Below, one piece after another: positions 28,987 through 36,412 of a DNA stretch of 64,000 bases. This stretch comes from Bacillota bacterium. Lineage in GTDB: Bacteria; Bacillota; Clostridia; Christensenellales; UMGS416. The position numbers and the translations under genes were made by a program. Location of the stretch: NCBI GenBank assembly GCA_023435705.1, contig JAEYRH010000016.1, positions 44,691 through 108,690 of the forward strand, written 5' to 3'. The number at the start of each line of letters is the position of its first letter. Position 1 is the first letter of the stretch. The notes below the pieces were generated by a model. It searched no databases. It was not told where the DNA came from and saw nothing but the letters and a program-made list of their open reading frames with translations.

Positions 28987-29654
28987 CATCCCGCAGGAAG
29001 TGCGAGGAGCTGATTGCCCAGGGTCATGTCAGCATCAATGGCTCGGTGGTCACCGAAATGGGCATGCGCGTGGTGGAGGGTGACAAGGTCACCCTGGACG
29101 GCAAGCCTGTGGAACCGGCGGAGCAGAAAGTCTACATCGCTTTTTACAAACCAACCAATGTGGTCACGACCGCCTCAGACCCGGAGGGGCGGCAGACCGC
29201 CGTTAGCTTTTTCAAAGACCTTGGGGTTCGTGTGTTTCCGGTTGGAAGGCTTGATTATGAAACCGAAGGCTTGCTGTTTATGACCAACGACGGCGACTGG
29301 GCCAACCGCATCACACACCCCAGCTTCAACTTGGACAAGGAATACCTGGTGAAAGTAAAAGGCTTGGTGGAAGACGCGCAGATCAGGGCGCTCCAAAACG
29401 GGGTAATGCTTGAGGGCAAGCGCACATGGCCAGCCGCCATCACGGAAGTCAAAAGGGGTGGCATGATCACGCAGCTCAACGTCACAATCCACGAGGGCCG
29501 CAACCGCCAGGTTCGCAAAATGCTGGAAGCGGTGGGCCACGAGGTGGTCTTCCTCAAGCGTGTGCGCGTGGGGAATGTGAGTATTGGGGATTTGAAAGCA
29601 AGCCAGTGGCGGCCACTCAGCAATACGGAGATCTCCGGCCTTGGCGGCGGCTGA
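28929..29654 (+). CDS. rluB: Pseudouridine synthase (RsuA/RluB family) with S4 domain
   Basis: [34 protein letters not shown] (S4 domain). Catalytic motif [12 protein letters not shown]. Confidence 0.85.
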   Translation: [241 protein letters not shown]

Positions 29655-29730
29655 CCGGTGCTTGCAAGAATCAAATTGGTGAGCATTTTTTCAATTTCAT
29701 CATGATTTACCACCACGGTCTATCCAGATG

Positions 29731-29739
29731 TGTTATAAT
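29731..29739 (+). promoter_or_regulatory. Extended -10 element (TGtTATAAT) ahead of the carboxyltransferase cluster
   Basis: TG at 29731-29732 and TATAAT at 29734-29739, 30 nt before ATG 29770. No good -35. Confidence 0.4.
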
Positions 29740-29769
29740 TATCCTGATATGCTTTCAGGAGTTGATGCA

Positions 29770-31218
29770 ATGGGCAAACGTGAAGTAGATGAACTCCGCC
29801 AAAAAACCTTGGAGGGCGGAGGCCAGGAAAAGGTGGCTGAGCAGCACCGCCGTGGAAAACAAACCGCCCGAGAGCGGCTCGATTTGCTGCTGGATCCCCA
29901 GAGCTTTTTGGAAACGGACACCTTTACCACCACCGGCAGCAATGCACCCGGTGAGGGCGTGGTGACCGGTTTCGGCACCATTGGTGGCCGGCCGGTCTAT
30001 GTGTATTCACAGGACTTTACGGTGCTGGGAGGCTCTTTGGGCCAAGTCCATGCCCGAAAAATCTGCAAGGTGATGGACCTTGCGCTCAAGTCCGGCGTGC
30101 CGGTGGTGGCTTTGCTGGATTCCGCTGGTGCCAGGCTTCATGAGGGGCTTGACGCAGTCGCCGGATACGGTGAGGTGTATCGCCGCCTGGTGAAGTGCTC
30201 CGGTGAAGTTCCGCAGATCGGCGTGGTGTGCGGGCCCTGCATAGGCGGGGCGGCTTATGCGGCCTCTCTGATGGACTTTGTGTTTCTGGCTGGCAAAGAG
30301 GCTAAAATGCAGACGTGGGGCCCCCAGGTCACCGAAGCCTCCGGCGGCGGTGTGTGGAGCGCTGTAAAAGCGGGCAGCGCTCAGTTCGCGTATGAGACCG
30401 AGCAATCATGCTTTGCCGGTGTGCGGCAATTGCTGTCTCTTCTCCCGGACAACAGCATGGAGGATGCCCCGGCCGCGATTGCTCCGGCAGACCTGAATGC
30501 AACTTCTCCTGCTTTGAATGAGCTGGTCTCCGGTTTGTATGACATGCATGCTGTGATTTCAGCCATCTCCGACAATGGTTTCTTTTTTGGCACATCATCG
30601 GAATTTGCGCCAAGCATGATCACCGGCTTCATTCGTGTCAACGGACGCACCACCGGTGTCGTAGCCAACCAGCCCAAGGAAAAGGGCGGTGTGCTGGATT
30701 GTGATGCGTGTGCAAAAGCTGCGCGATTCATCCGGTTCTGCGACAGATTTCATCTCCCCGTGGTCACATTGGTGGACACGGTTGGCTTGCCGCTCGGCGC
30801 GCAGGACGAAAACCGTGGCCTGATGCACCAGGGTGCAGAATTGATTCATGCATATGCAGGTGCTACCGTGCCCAAGGTTACCGTGGTTTGCGGCCAGGCC
30901 CATGGCGGCGCGGTTGCGATGATGGGCAGCCGTTCTATGGGGATCGACACTGTGTATGCCTGGCCCAACGCGGAAATCTCCGTAGCCCAGCCGGAAACAG
31001 CGGTAAACATCCTCTACGCCGGCGAGATTGCCGCCGCCGAGGATCCGCTTTCTGCCCGCGCTGCGCTGGTGGAGCGTTACAAAGTTAAGGATTCTGACCC
31101 GCTGCTGGCGGCAAAGGGTGGCCACGTTGACGATGTAATTGAGCCAGCTGCCACCCGCATCTATGTAGCCGCTGCCCTGGAGATGCTGGTGGGCAAGTGC
31201 GGCAACCTGCCGCTGTGA
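29770..31218 (+). CDS. Methylmalonyl-CoA carboxyltransferase 12S subunit / acyl-CoA carboxylase beta-type carboxyltransferase
   Basis: GGGQEKVAEQHRRGKQTARERLDLLLDPQSF.E...VVTGFGTIGGRPVYVYSQDFTVLGGSLG...GPCIGGAAY. AGGAG lies 8 nt before ATG 29770. Confidence 0.85.
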   Translation: MGKREVDELRQKTLEGGGQEKVAEQHRRGKQTARERLDLLLDPQSFLETDTFTTTGSNAPGEGVVTGFGTIGGRPVYVYSQDFTVLGGSLGQVHARKICKVMDLALKSGVPVVALLDSAGARLHEGLDAVAGYGEVYRRLVKCSGEVPQIGVVCGPCIGGAAYAASLMDFVFLAGKEAKMQTWGPQVTEASGGGVWSAVKAGSAQFAYETEQSCFAGVRQLLSLLPDNSMEDAPAAIAPADLNATSPALNELVSGLYDMHAVISAISDNGFFFGTSSEFAPSMITGFIRVNGRTTGVVANQPKEKGGVLDCDACAKAARFIRFCDRFHLPVVTLVDTVGLPLGAQDENRGLMHQGAELIHAYAGATVPKVTVVCGQAHGGAVAMMGSRSMGIDTVYAWPNAEISVAQPETAVNILYAGEIAAAEDPLSARAALVERYKVKDSDPLLAAKGGHVDDVIEPAATRIYVAAALEMLVGKCGNLPL

Positions 31219-31219
31219 G

Positions 31220-31624
31220 GTGCTGATGATCGAATTTTATCAAAACAATACCATCACAATCTGGGTGGTTGCATTCGTAGCGGAAGTGCTGCTGGGCTTG
31301 CTGGCCCAGGGGATCGCCGAACGCAAAGGCCATCCCAAGGGCTGGTTTTGGGCAGGGTTCTTTCTGTCGGTCATTGGCGTGATCTGGACAGCCGGGCTGC
31401 CTGATGAAAAGCTGCGCAAGCAGATCAAGCAAATGGGCGGAAGCCGTGCTTCCGCTACGTTGCTGCCTCAACCTGTTGCGTCACCGGCAGACGACACCGA
31501 GCTCATCGCTGTGTTATCCGCCGCCATCTCCGCATTTGGGGCGCAGCGGGGCAAGCAGTATATCCTGCACTCCTTCCGGCCGGTTGGCGCCGGTTCCACG
31601 GCATGGAGCCGTTCGACACGATAA
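31220..31624 (+). CDS. Small membrane protein with OadG-like (decarboxylase gamma/delta chain) C-terminal segment
   Basis: Two hydrophobic segments, then DDTELIAVLSAAISAF, the characteristic OadG-type helix. The start is ambiguous (GTG 31220 or ATG 31226). Confidence 0.5.
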   Translation: MLMIEFYQNNTITIWVVAFVAEVLLGLLAQGIAERKGHPKGWFWAGFFLSVIGVIWTAGLPDEKLRKQIKQMGGSRASATLLPQPVASPADDTELIAVLSAAISAFGAQRGKQYILHSFRPVGAGSTAWSRSTR

Positions 31625-31652
31625 TCATGATTGATGTTTTGGAGGAAATGGC

Positions 31653-32063
31653 ATGAAACGATTTCTGATCACCGTAAATGGCAAGTCCTATGAAGTGGAA
31701 GTGGAAGAAGTGGAAGCCTTTGCGGCAGCGCCTGTGCAGCAGGCTGCCGTGCAAGCCGCTCCTGTCGCTCCGGCTCCTGTCCAGGCAACGGCTCCCAAAG
31801 CCGCTGACGCGCCCGCGCCTGCTCCGGCTCCCGCCAACATTCCAGCCGGCGGCACCAAGATCAACGCGCCGATGCCCGGCAAAATCCTTGCAGTCAAGGC
31901 GGCCCCCGGCCAAGCGGTCAAGCGCGGCGATGTGCTGCTGATCCTGGAAGCCATGAAGATGGAGAATGAAATTCAATCACCGATTGACGGCACCGTGGGC
32001 GCGATTGCCGTATCGGAAGGCTCTATGGTGAACGCCGGCGCGTTGCTGGCCGTCATCGGTTAA
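31653..32063 (+). CDS. Biotin carboxyl carrier protein (1.3S-type biotinyl subunit)
   Basis: Ala/Pro-rich linker and the biotinylation motif LEAMKMENEI. Confidence 0.9.
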   Translation: MKRFLITVNGKSYEVEVEEVEAFAAAPVQQAAVQAAPVAPAPVQATAPKAADAPAPAPAPANIPAGGTKINAPMPGKILAVKAAPGQAVKRGDVLLILEAMKMENEIQSPIDGTVGAIAVSEGSMVNAGALLAVIG

Positions 32064-32075
32064 AGGGGAGATCGC

Positions 32076-33473
32076 ATGGCAAAGGTACATATTACAGACA
32101 CCATATTGCGTGATGCCCATCAGTCGCAGGCCGCCACGCGAATGAAAACGGAAGACATGCTGCCCGTCGCCGCAAAGCTGGACGCGGTGGGCTACTGGTC
32201 GCTGGAAGCCTGGGGCGGCGCCACGTTCGACACTTGCCTCCGGTTCCTCAATGAAGATCCGTGGGAGCGCCTCCGCAACCTCAGGAAAGCCATGCCCAAC
32301 ACCAAGCTGCAAATGCTGCTGCGCGGCCAAAACCTGCTTGGTTACAAGCATTACTCCGATGATGTCGTGGATATGTTTGTGAAAAAGGCGATCCAAAACG
32401 GCATCAATGTGATCCGTATTTTTGACGCACTCAACGATATCCGCAACATGAAGACCGCCATGCTTTCCACCAAGAAATACGGCGGCATCGTAGAAGCGGC
32501 GATTTCATACACCGTTAGCCCTGTGCACTCCACACAGTATTTTGTGGATATGGCCGTGGAGCTGGAAGCCATGGGCGCAGACACGATCTGCATCAAGGAC
32601 ATGGCAAACCTTCTGTTGCCCTATGCGGCCTACGATCTTGTGAGCAAGCTCAAGAAGCGTGTCAAGATCCCGATCCATCTGCACACCCATAACACCAGCG
32701 GCACCGGCGACATGACCTACCTCAAGGCCATCGAAGCCGGCGTGGACATCGTGGACACGGCGCTTTCTCCGCTGGCCAACGGCACCAGCCAGCCGGCCAC
32801 CGAATCGTTGGTCGCCACATTGGCCGGCACAGAATACGACACGGGTTTTGATCTGAAGCTTCTGAGTGAGATTGCCCAGCATTTCAGGGGTGTTGCCAAC
32901 CGCATGATGAAAGAAGGCATTCTGGATCCCTCAGTGCTTGGTGTGGACGTGAACGCGTTGCTCTACCAGGTGCCAGGCGGTATGCTATCCAACCTGATTT
33001 CTCAGTTGAAAAGCCAGGGTGCCATCGACAGGCTGCCCGAAGTGCTGCTGGAAGTGCCCCGGGTGCGCGAGGACTTCGGCTATCCACCGTTGGTCACGCC
33101 CACCAGCCAGATCGTGGGCACGCAAGCCGTGCTCAACGTGATGGCCGGCCAGCGCTACAAGATGTTCACCAAGGAGTCAAAAGGCGTTTTGCGCGGTGAA
33201 TATGGCCGCCTGCCCGCTGAGCCCAATCCCGATGTGGTGAAGCTTGCGCTTGGCAGTGAGCCCCGTATCACGCACCGCCCGGCAGATGACATCAAGCCGG
33301 AACTGGGCCGCTACCGCGATGAGATCAAGCAGTATATGGAGCAGGAGGAAGACATCCTGTCCTACGCTCTGTTCCCGCAGGTGGCACTGGATTTCTTCAA
33401 GTTCCGCCAGGCCAAAAAATATAAGGTGGACTCCACATTGCTGGATGCCAAGAACGCGATCCATCCGGTGTAA
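32076..33473 (+). CDS. Pyruvate/oxaloacetate carboxyltransferase (5S subunit / OadA N-terminal domain type, no biotin domain)
   Basis: ITDTILRDAHQS...RMKTEDMLP...LEAWGGATFD...HLHTHNTSG (HMGL-like TIM barrel). 465 aa. It ends before any biotinyl domain. Confidence 0.85.
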   Translation: MAKVHITDTILRDAHQSQAATRMKTEDMLPVAAKLDAVGYWSLEAWGGATFDTCLRFLNEDPWERLRNLRKAMPNTKLQMLLRGQNLLGYKHYSDDVVDMFVKKAIQNGINVIRIFDALNDIRNMKTAMLSTKKYGGIVEAAISYTVSPVHSTQYFVDMAVELEAMGADTICIKDMANLLLPYAAYDLVSKLKKRVKIPIHLHTHNTSGTGDMTYLKAIEAGVDIVDTALSPLANGTSQPATESLVATLAGTEYDTGFDLKLLSEIAQHFRGVANRMMKEGILDPSVLGVDVNALLYQVPGGMLSNLISQLKSQGAIDRLPEVLLEVPRVREDFGYPPLVTPTSQIVGTQAVLNVMAGQRYKMFTKESKGVLRGEYGRLPAEPNPDVVKLALGSEPRITHRPADDIKPELGRYRDEIKQYMEQEEDILSYALFPQVALDFFKFRQAKKYKVDSTLLDAKNAIHPV

Positions 33474-33518
33474 GCAAGCCCCAACAACCCCTTTACCATG
33501 AATACCCTCACCCCCTGA

Positions 33519-33724
33519 CCCCCTCTACCGGGTGTCATTCCGAAGGAATGATGCCTTGGGAGAGGGGGAGGTTTTATGTGTGGGGCTTCGCCCCAGACCC
33601 CTCAGTAGGGGCCGGGCTCCGTCCCGGCCCGTATCGTTCTATACCAGCCCAAAACTCCCCCTGCCGCTACGGCGGCATCCCCCCTCAAGGAAAGGGGGGA
33701 GGGAAGGGAGGGCTTCTTGCCCTC
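33519..33724. repeat. Array of at least 7 short GC-rich hairpins (hairpin-array element, copy A)
   Basis: Stems read by eye: 33519-33526/33561-33568 enclosing TCATTCC-GAA-GGAATGA (33535-33551); GGGGC-TTC-GCCCC (33582-33594); CCCCT-CAGT-AGGGG (33598-33611); GGGCCGGG-CTCCGT-CCCGGCCC (33609-33630); TGCCGC-TACG-GCGGCA (33662-33677); TCCCCCC-N9-GGGGGGA (33678-33700); GAGGGC-TTCTT-GCCCTC (33708-33724). Confidence 0.75.
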
Positions 33725-33775
33725 TCAGCCCACACACACTATAATAAAATCCAACCCACCCACGGAGGGAACTCT

Positions 33776-36127
33776 TTGGAAAAACGCCAGATCCGCCTTG
33801 CCATACGGGAGTTCGTCGAGTCCATGTTTATGGAGGGCGACCTTGTTGCTGCTGCCTCGCCATTGCGGGCCGTGGAGGGCACCCGTGTGCACAAGGCCAT
33901 CCAGGCGGATCGAGGGGATGGGTATTCCGCCGAGGTTTCCGTGTCCTTCACTGCTTCCGGGGAGTATGTGGATCTGAACCTGTTTGGCCGCATTGACGGT
34001 TTGATTCAGAATGCAGACGGCGTCACGATTGAGGAAATCAAATCGGTGCGTGGCCACATGCCCCGGGAGGGGTTCGACGGGTTGGAGGTGCATTGGGCAC
34101 AGGCCAAGGTGTACGCTGCGATTTATGCCAATGACCACGGCTTGTATTCCATTACGGTTCAGCTGGTCTACTACGATATCCCACGAGCGCGAGAGCACCG
34201 ATATGAACGCCGTTTCACTGCACAGGAGCTTCTTGATTGGCTGGCAGATCTTTGTGATCGGTATCTTCATTTTGTTGACCAGGAGGAAAGGCGCCTGAGG
34301 GCGATGAGCCTCGCCATCGGGCAGATGGGCTTTCCCTACGAGGTTATCCGCCCAGGCCAGCAGGAGATGATCGCCGCCGTCTACAACCACATCAAGACCG
34401 GCGACTGCCTGTATGTGTCCGCACCGACCGGCACGGGCAAGACGATGGGCGCACTGTTTCCCGCCGTGAAAGCGCTGGCCGACGGTCACTGCCGAAAGCT
34501 CTTTTATCTCACGGCCAGAAACCCGGTGAAAGCCGTGGCGGAGGATGCGTTCAAGGTGCTGCTGAAGCGGGGTTTTGCGCTGCGGGGCATCACAATGACT
34601 GCCAAAGACAAGCTTTGCCCCATGCCGGATGGCACGCCCTGCCACCCGGAGCATTGCCTCAGGGCCGCGGGGTTTTACGACAGATTGTTCCCGGCGCTCG
34701 ATGAAGTGCCGCCGGTGGGGCACATGGGCCGCAAGGATGTGGAGAAGCTGGCGGAAAAGCACTGCCTCTGCCCCCATGAGTTTTCGCTCTTCATTGCAGA
34801 AATCTGTGACCTGATCATCTGTGACTATAACAATGCCTTTGACCCGCGCGTCAAGATCAAGCGCTTCTTTGAGCGTGGCGGGGAGTATGCCCTGCTGGTG
34901 GACGAGGCCCACAACATGGTGGACCGGGCCCGAGACATGTTTTCTGCGGAGCTGGCCGAGCCGGCTATCCGGTCATTCTTGAGCAGCCTGCCATTGTTTC
35001 TGGAGGAAGGCGCGCTGGCTCTCTCGGATGCCGCGATGGCGATGGCCGAACAGCTTGGGGAGCTCCGGCCGGCATTGGAAGGAGCACAGGGCGGGGAAGC
35101 CCCGTTGGAATCGGTGCCCGGGGGATTGCTGGACGCAGTGGGGCAGTTCATCGGGGAAGCGGAGCCGATGTTGGCGTTTCAGGCAGACAACAGCCTTGGT
35201 AAGGAGTTTTTATACCTCTACTTCATGGCGAAGGTCTTCTTTGATGTGGCGGAAGATATGGATGAGCGATTCCGTGTGATCCTGAGAGACACACCGGAAG
35301 GGGTATCTCTGTTTGTGCGCTGTATCGATCCGTCGGCGCTGCTCAAGCAGGCGCTGAAGAAGATCCATTGCGCGATCTTTTTCTCAGCAACACTGACGCC
35401 GTTTCAATACTATTCCCGGCTCACCGGCACTGGCGGTGATGCAAGCTGCCTGATGCTGCCGTCTCCCTTTCCATCGGAGCACCTAAAGGTGATATCGCTG
35501 GATGTGGACACCACCTATGCCCGCCGAGAAGGCACGCTCAATAAGCTGGTGGATGCGCTGTCTGCCTTTGTGCGGGGCAGGGCGGGGAACTATTTGCTGT
35601 TCTTCCCATCCTATTACTACATGCAAAAGGCTCATGAGCTGTTTACCGTGCGAAACCCCGGGGTGTTTGCACCGATGCAAGCCTCCGGCATGAGTGAGCG
35701 TGACAGGGCTGCTTTCCTGCGGCACTTTGACGGAGAGCATGATGGTGGGATGGCAGCATTCGCTGTGATGGGCGGCATCTTTGGCGAGGGGATTGACCTG
35801 GCCGGTGACCGCGTGATCGGTGTGGCCATTGTTGGTGTTGGGATGCCGCAGCTTTGCCTGGAGCGCAATCTGATCCAGCAATACCATGATAATCGTGAGG
35901 AGCCTGGTTATGAGTTCGCCTATGTGATCCCTGGCTTCAACCGCGTGATGCAGGCGGTGGGCAGGCTCATCCGCAGTGAGACAGACCGTGGGGTTGTGTT
36001 GCTTGCCGACCGGCGCTTTGGATGGCAGCAATACCGGCAGATGATCCCCGAATGGTGGACGCCTATGCTGCCAGCCCGCAGCTCTGCTGAAGTGGAGCGG
36101 GCAGTGATGGCGTTCTGGGAACTATGA
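33776..36127 (+). CDS. DinG/XPD-family ATP-dependent DNA helicase with N-terminal PD-(D/E)XK nuclease domain
   Basis: Nuclease motif GRIDG...IEEIKS. Walker A SAPTGTGKT. Fe-S Cys cluster (CPMPDGTPCHPEHC...C.C). DEAH-like VDEAHN. C-terminal helicase motifs (GIFGEGID, VGRLIRSETDRG). Proposed TTG start at 33776, 6 nt after GGAGGG. The track's N-terminal 76 codons translate the hairpin array. Confidence 0.8.
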   Translation: MEKRQIRLAIREFVESMFMEGDLVAAASPLRAVEGTRVHKAIQADRGDGYSAEVSVSFTASGEYVDLNLFGRIDGLIQNADGVTIEEIKSVRGHMPREGFDGLEVHWAQAKVYAAIYANDHGLYSITVQLVYYDIPRAREHRYERRFTAQELLDWLADLCDRYLHFVDQEERRLRAMSLAIGQMGFPYEVIRPGQQEMIAAVYNHIKTGDCLYVSAPTGTGKTMGALFPAVKALADGHCRKLFYLTARNPVKAVAEDAFKVLLKRGFALRGITMTAKDKLCPMPDGTPCHPEHCLRAAGFYDRLFPALDEVPPVGHMGRKDVEKLAEKHCLCPHEFSLFIAEICDLIICDYNNAFDPRVKIKRFFERGGEYALLVDEAHNMVDRARDMFSAELAEPAIRSFLSSLPLFLEEGALALSDAAMAMAEQLGELRPALEGAQGGEAPLESVPGGLLDAVGQFIGEAEPMLAFQADNSLGKEFLYLYFMAKVFFDVAEDMDERFRVILRDTPEGVSLFVRCIDPSALLKQALKKIHCAIFFSATLTPFQYYSRLTGTGGDASCLMLPSPFPSEHLKVISLDVDTTYARREGTLNKLVDALSAFVRGRAGNYLLFFPSYYYMQKAHELFTVRNPGVFAPMQASGMSERDRAAFLRHFDGEHDGGMAAFAVMGGIFGEGIDLAGDRVIGVAIVGVGMPQLCLERNLIQQYHDNREEPGYEFAYVIPGFNRVMQAVGRLIRSETDRGVVLLADRRFGWQQYRQMIPEWWTPMLPARSSAEVERAVMAFWEL

Positions 36128-36188
36128 TTTTTCGGTATTTTCAGGAAAACCTTGCTCAAAGTATAATTTTCAGATAAAATAAACACCT

Positions 36189-36330
36189 AACCGCCGTTGA
36201 ACTCATCCCGGCAGCGGGACCCGTGCAACGTGACGCCGCGAACCATGTCAGGTCCGGAAGGAAGCAGCATTAAGCGGAGCGCTCCGTGTGCCGCGGGTAT
36301 CCTGTTGTCGGGGTGAGTTGAACGGCGGTT
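36189..36330 (+). ncRNA. ffs: Signal recognition particle RNA, short form (no Alu domain)
   Basis: Invariant domain IV sequence CCATGTCAGGTCCGGAAGGAAGCAGCATTAAG...GTGTGCCGCGGG. A 17-bp closing helix (36189-36205 / 36314-36330, one G-G mismatch) is followed by TTTTT. Confidence 0.85.
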
Positions 36331-36412
36331 TTTCTATACACTTTTGTCATTTTTTGTTATACTATGTGCAGAATTATTTATACTCATAACTCTATATACA
36401 GAGGAAACCGCG

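Noticed and set aside
28210-28989. 259-aa minus-strand ORF
   Set aside because: Antisense to the DacB-like carboxypeptidase, whose SxxK, SxN and KTG motifs establish the + strand as coding.
33548-33775. N-terminal 76 codons of the 859-aa helicase ORF
   Set aside because: This Gly/Pro/Arg-rich sequence coincides exactly with the hairpin array. A GGAGGG RBS plus TTG at 33776 and a TATAAT at 33740 give a better start.
33725-34912. 395-aa minus-strand ORF
   Set aside because: Antisense to the DinG-like helicase. Low-complexity Arg/Gly/His-rich translation. An artefact of high GC content.
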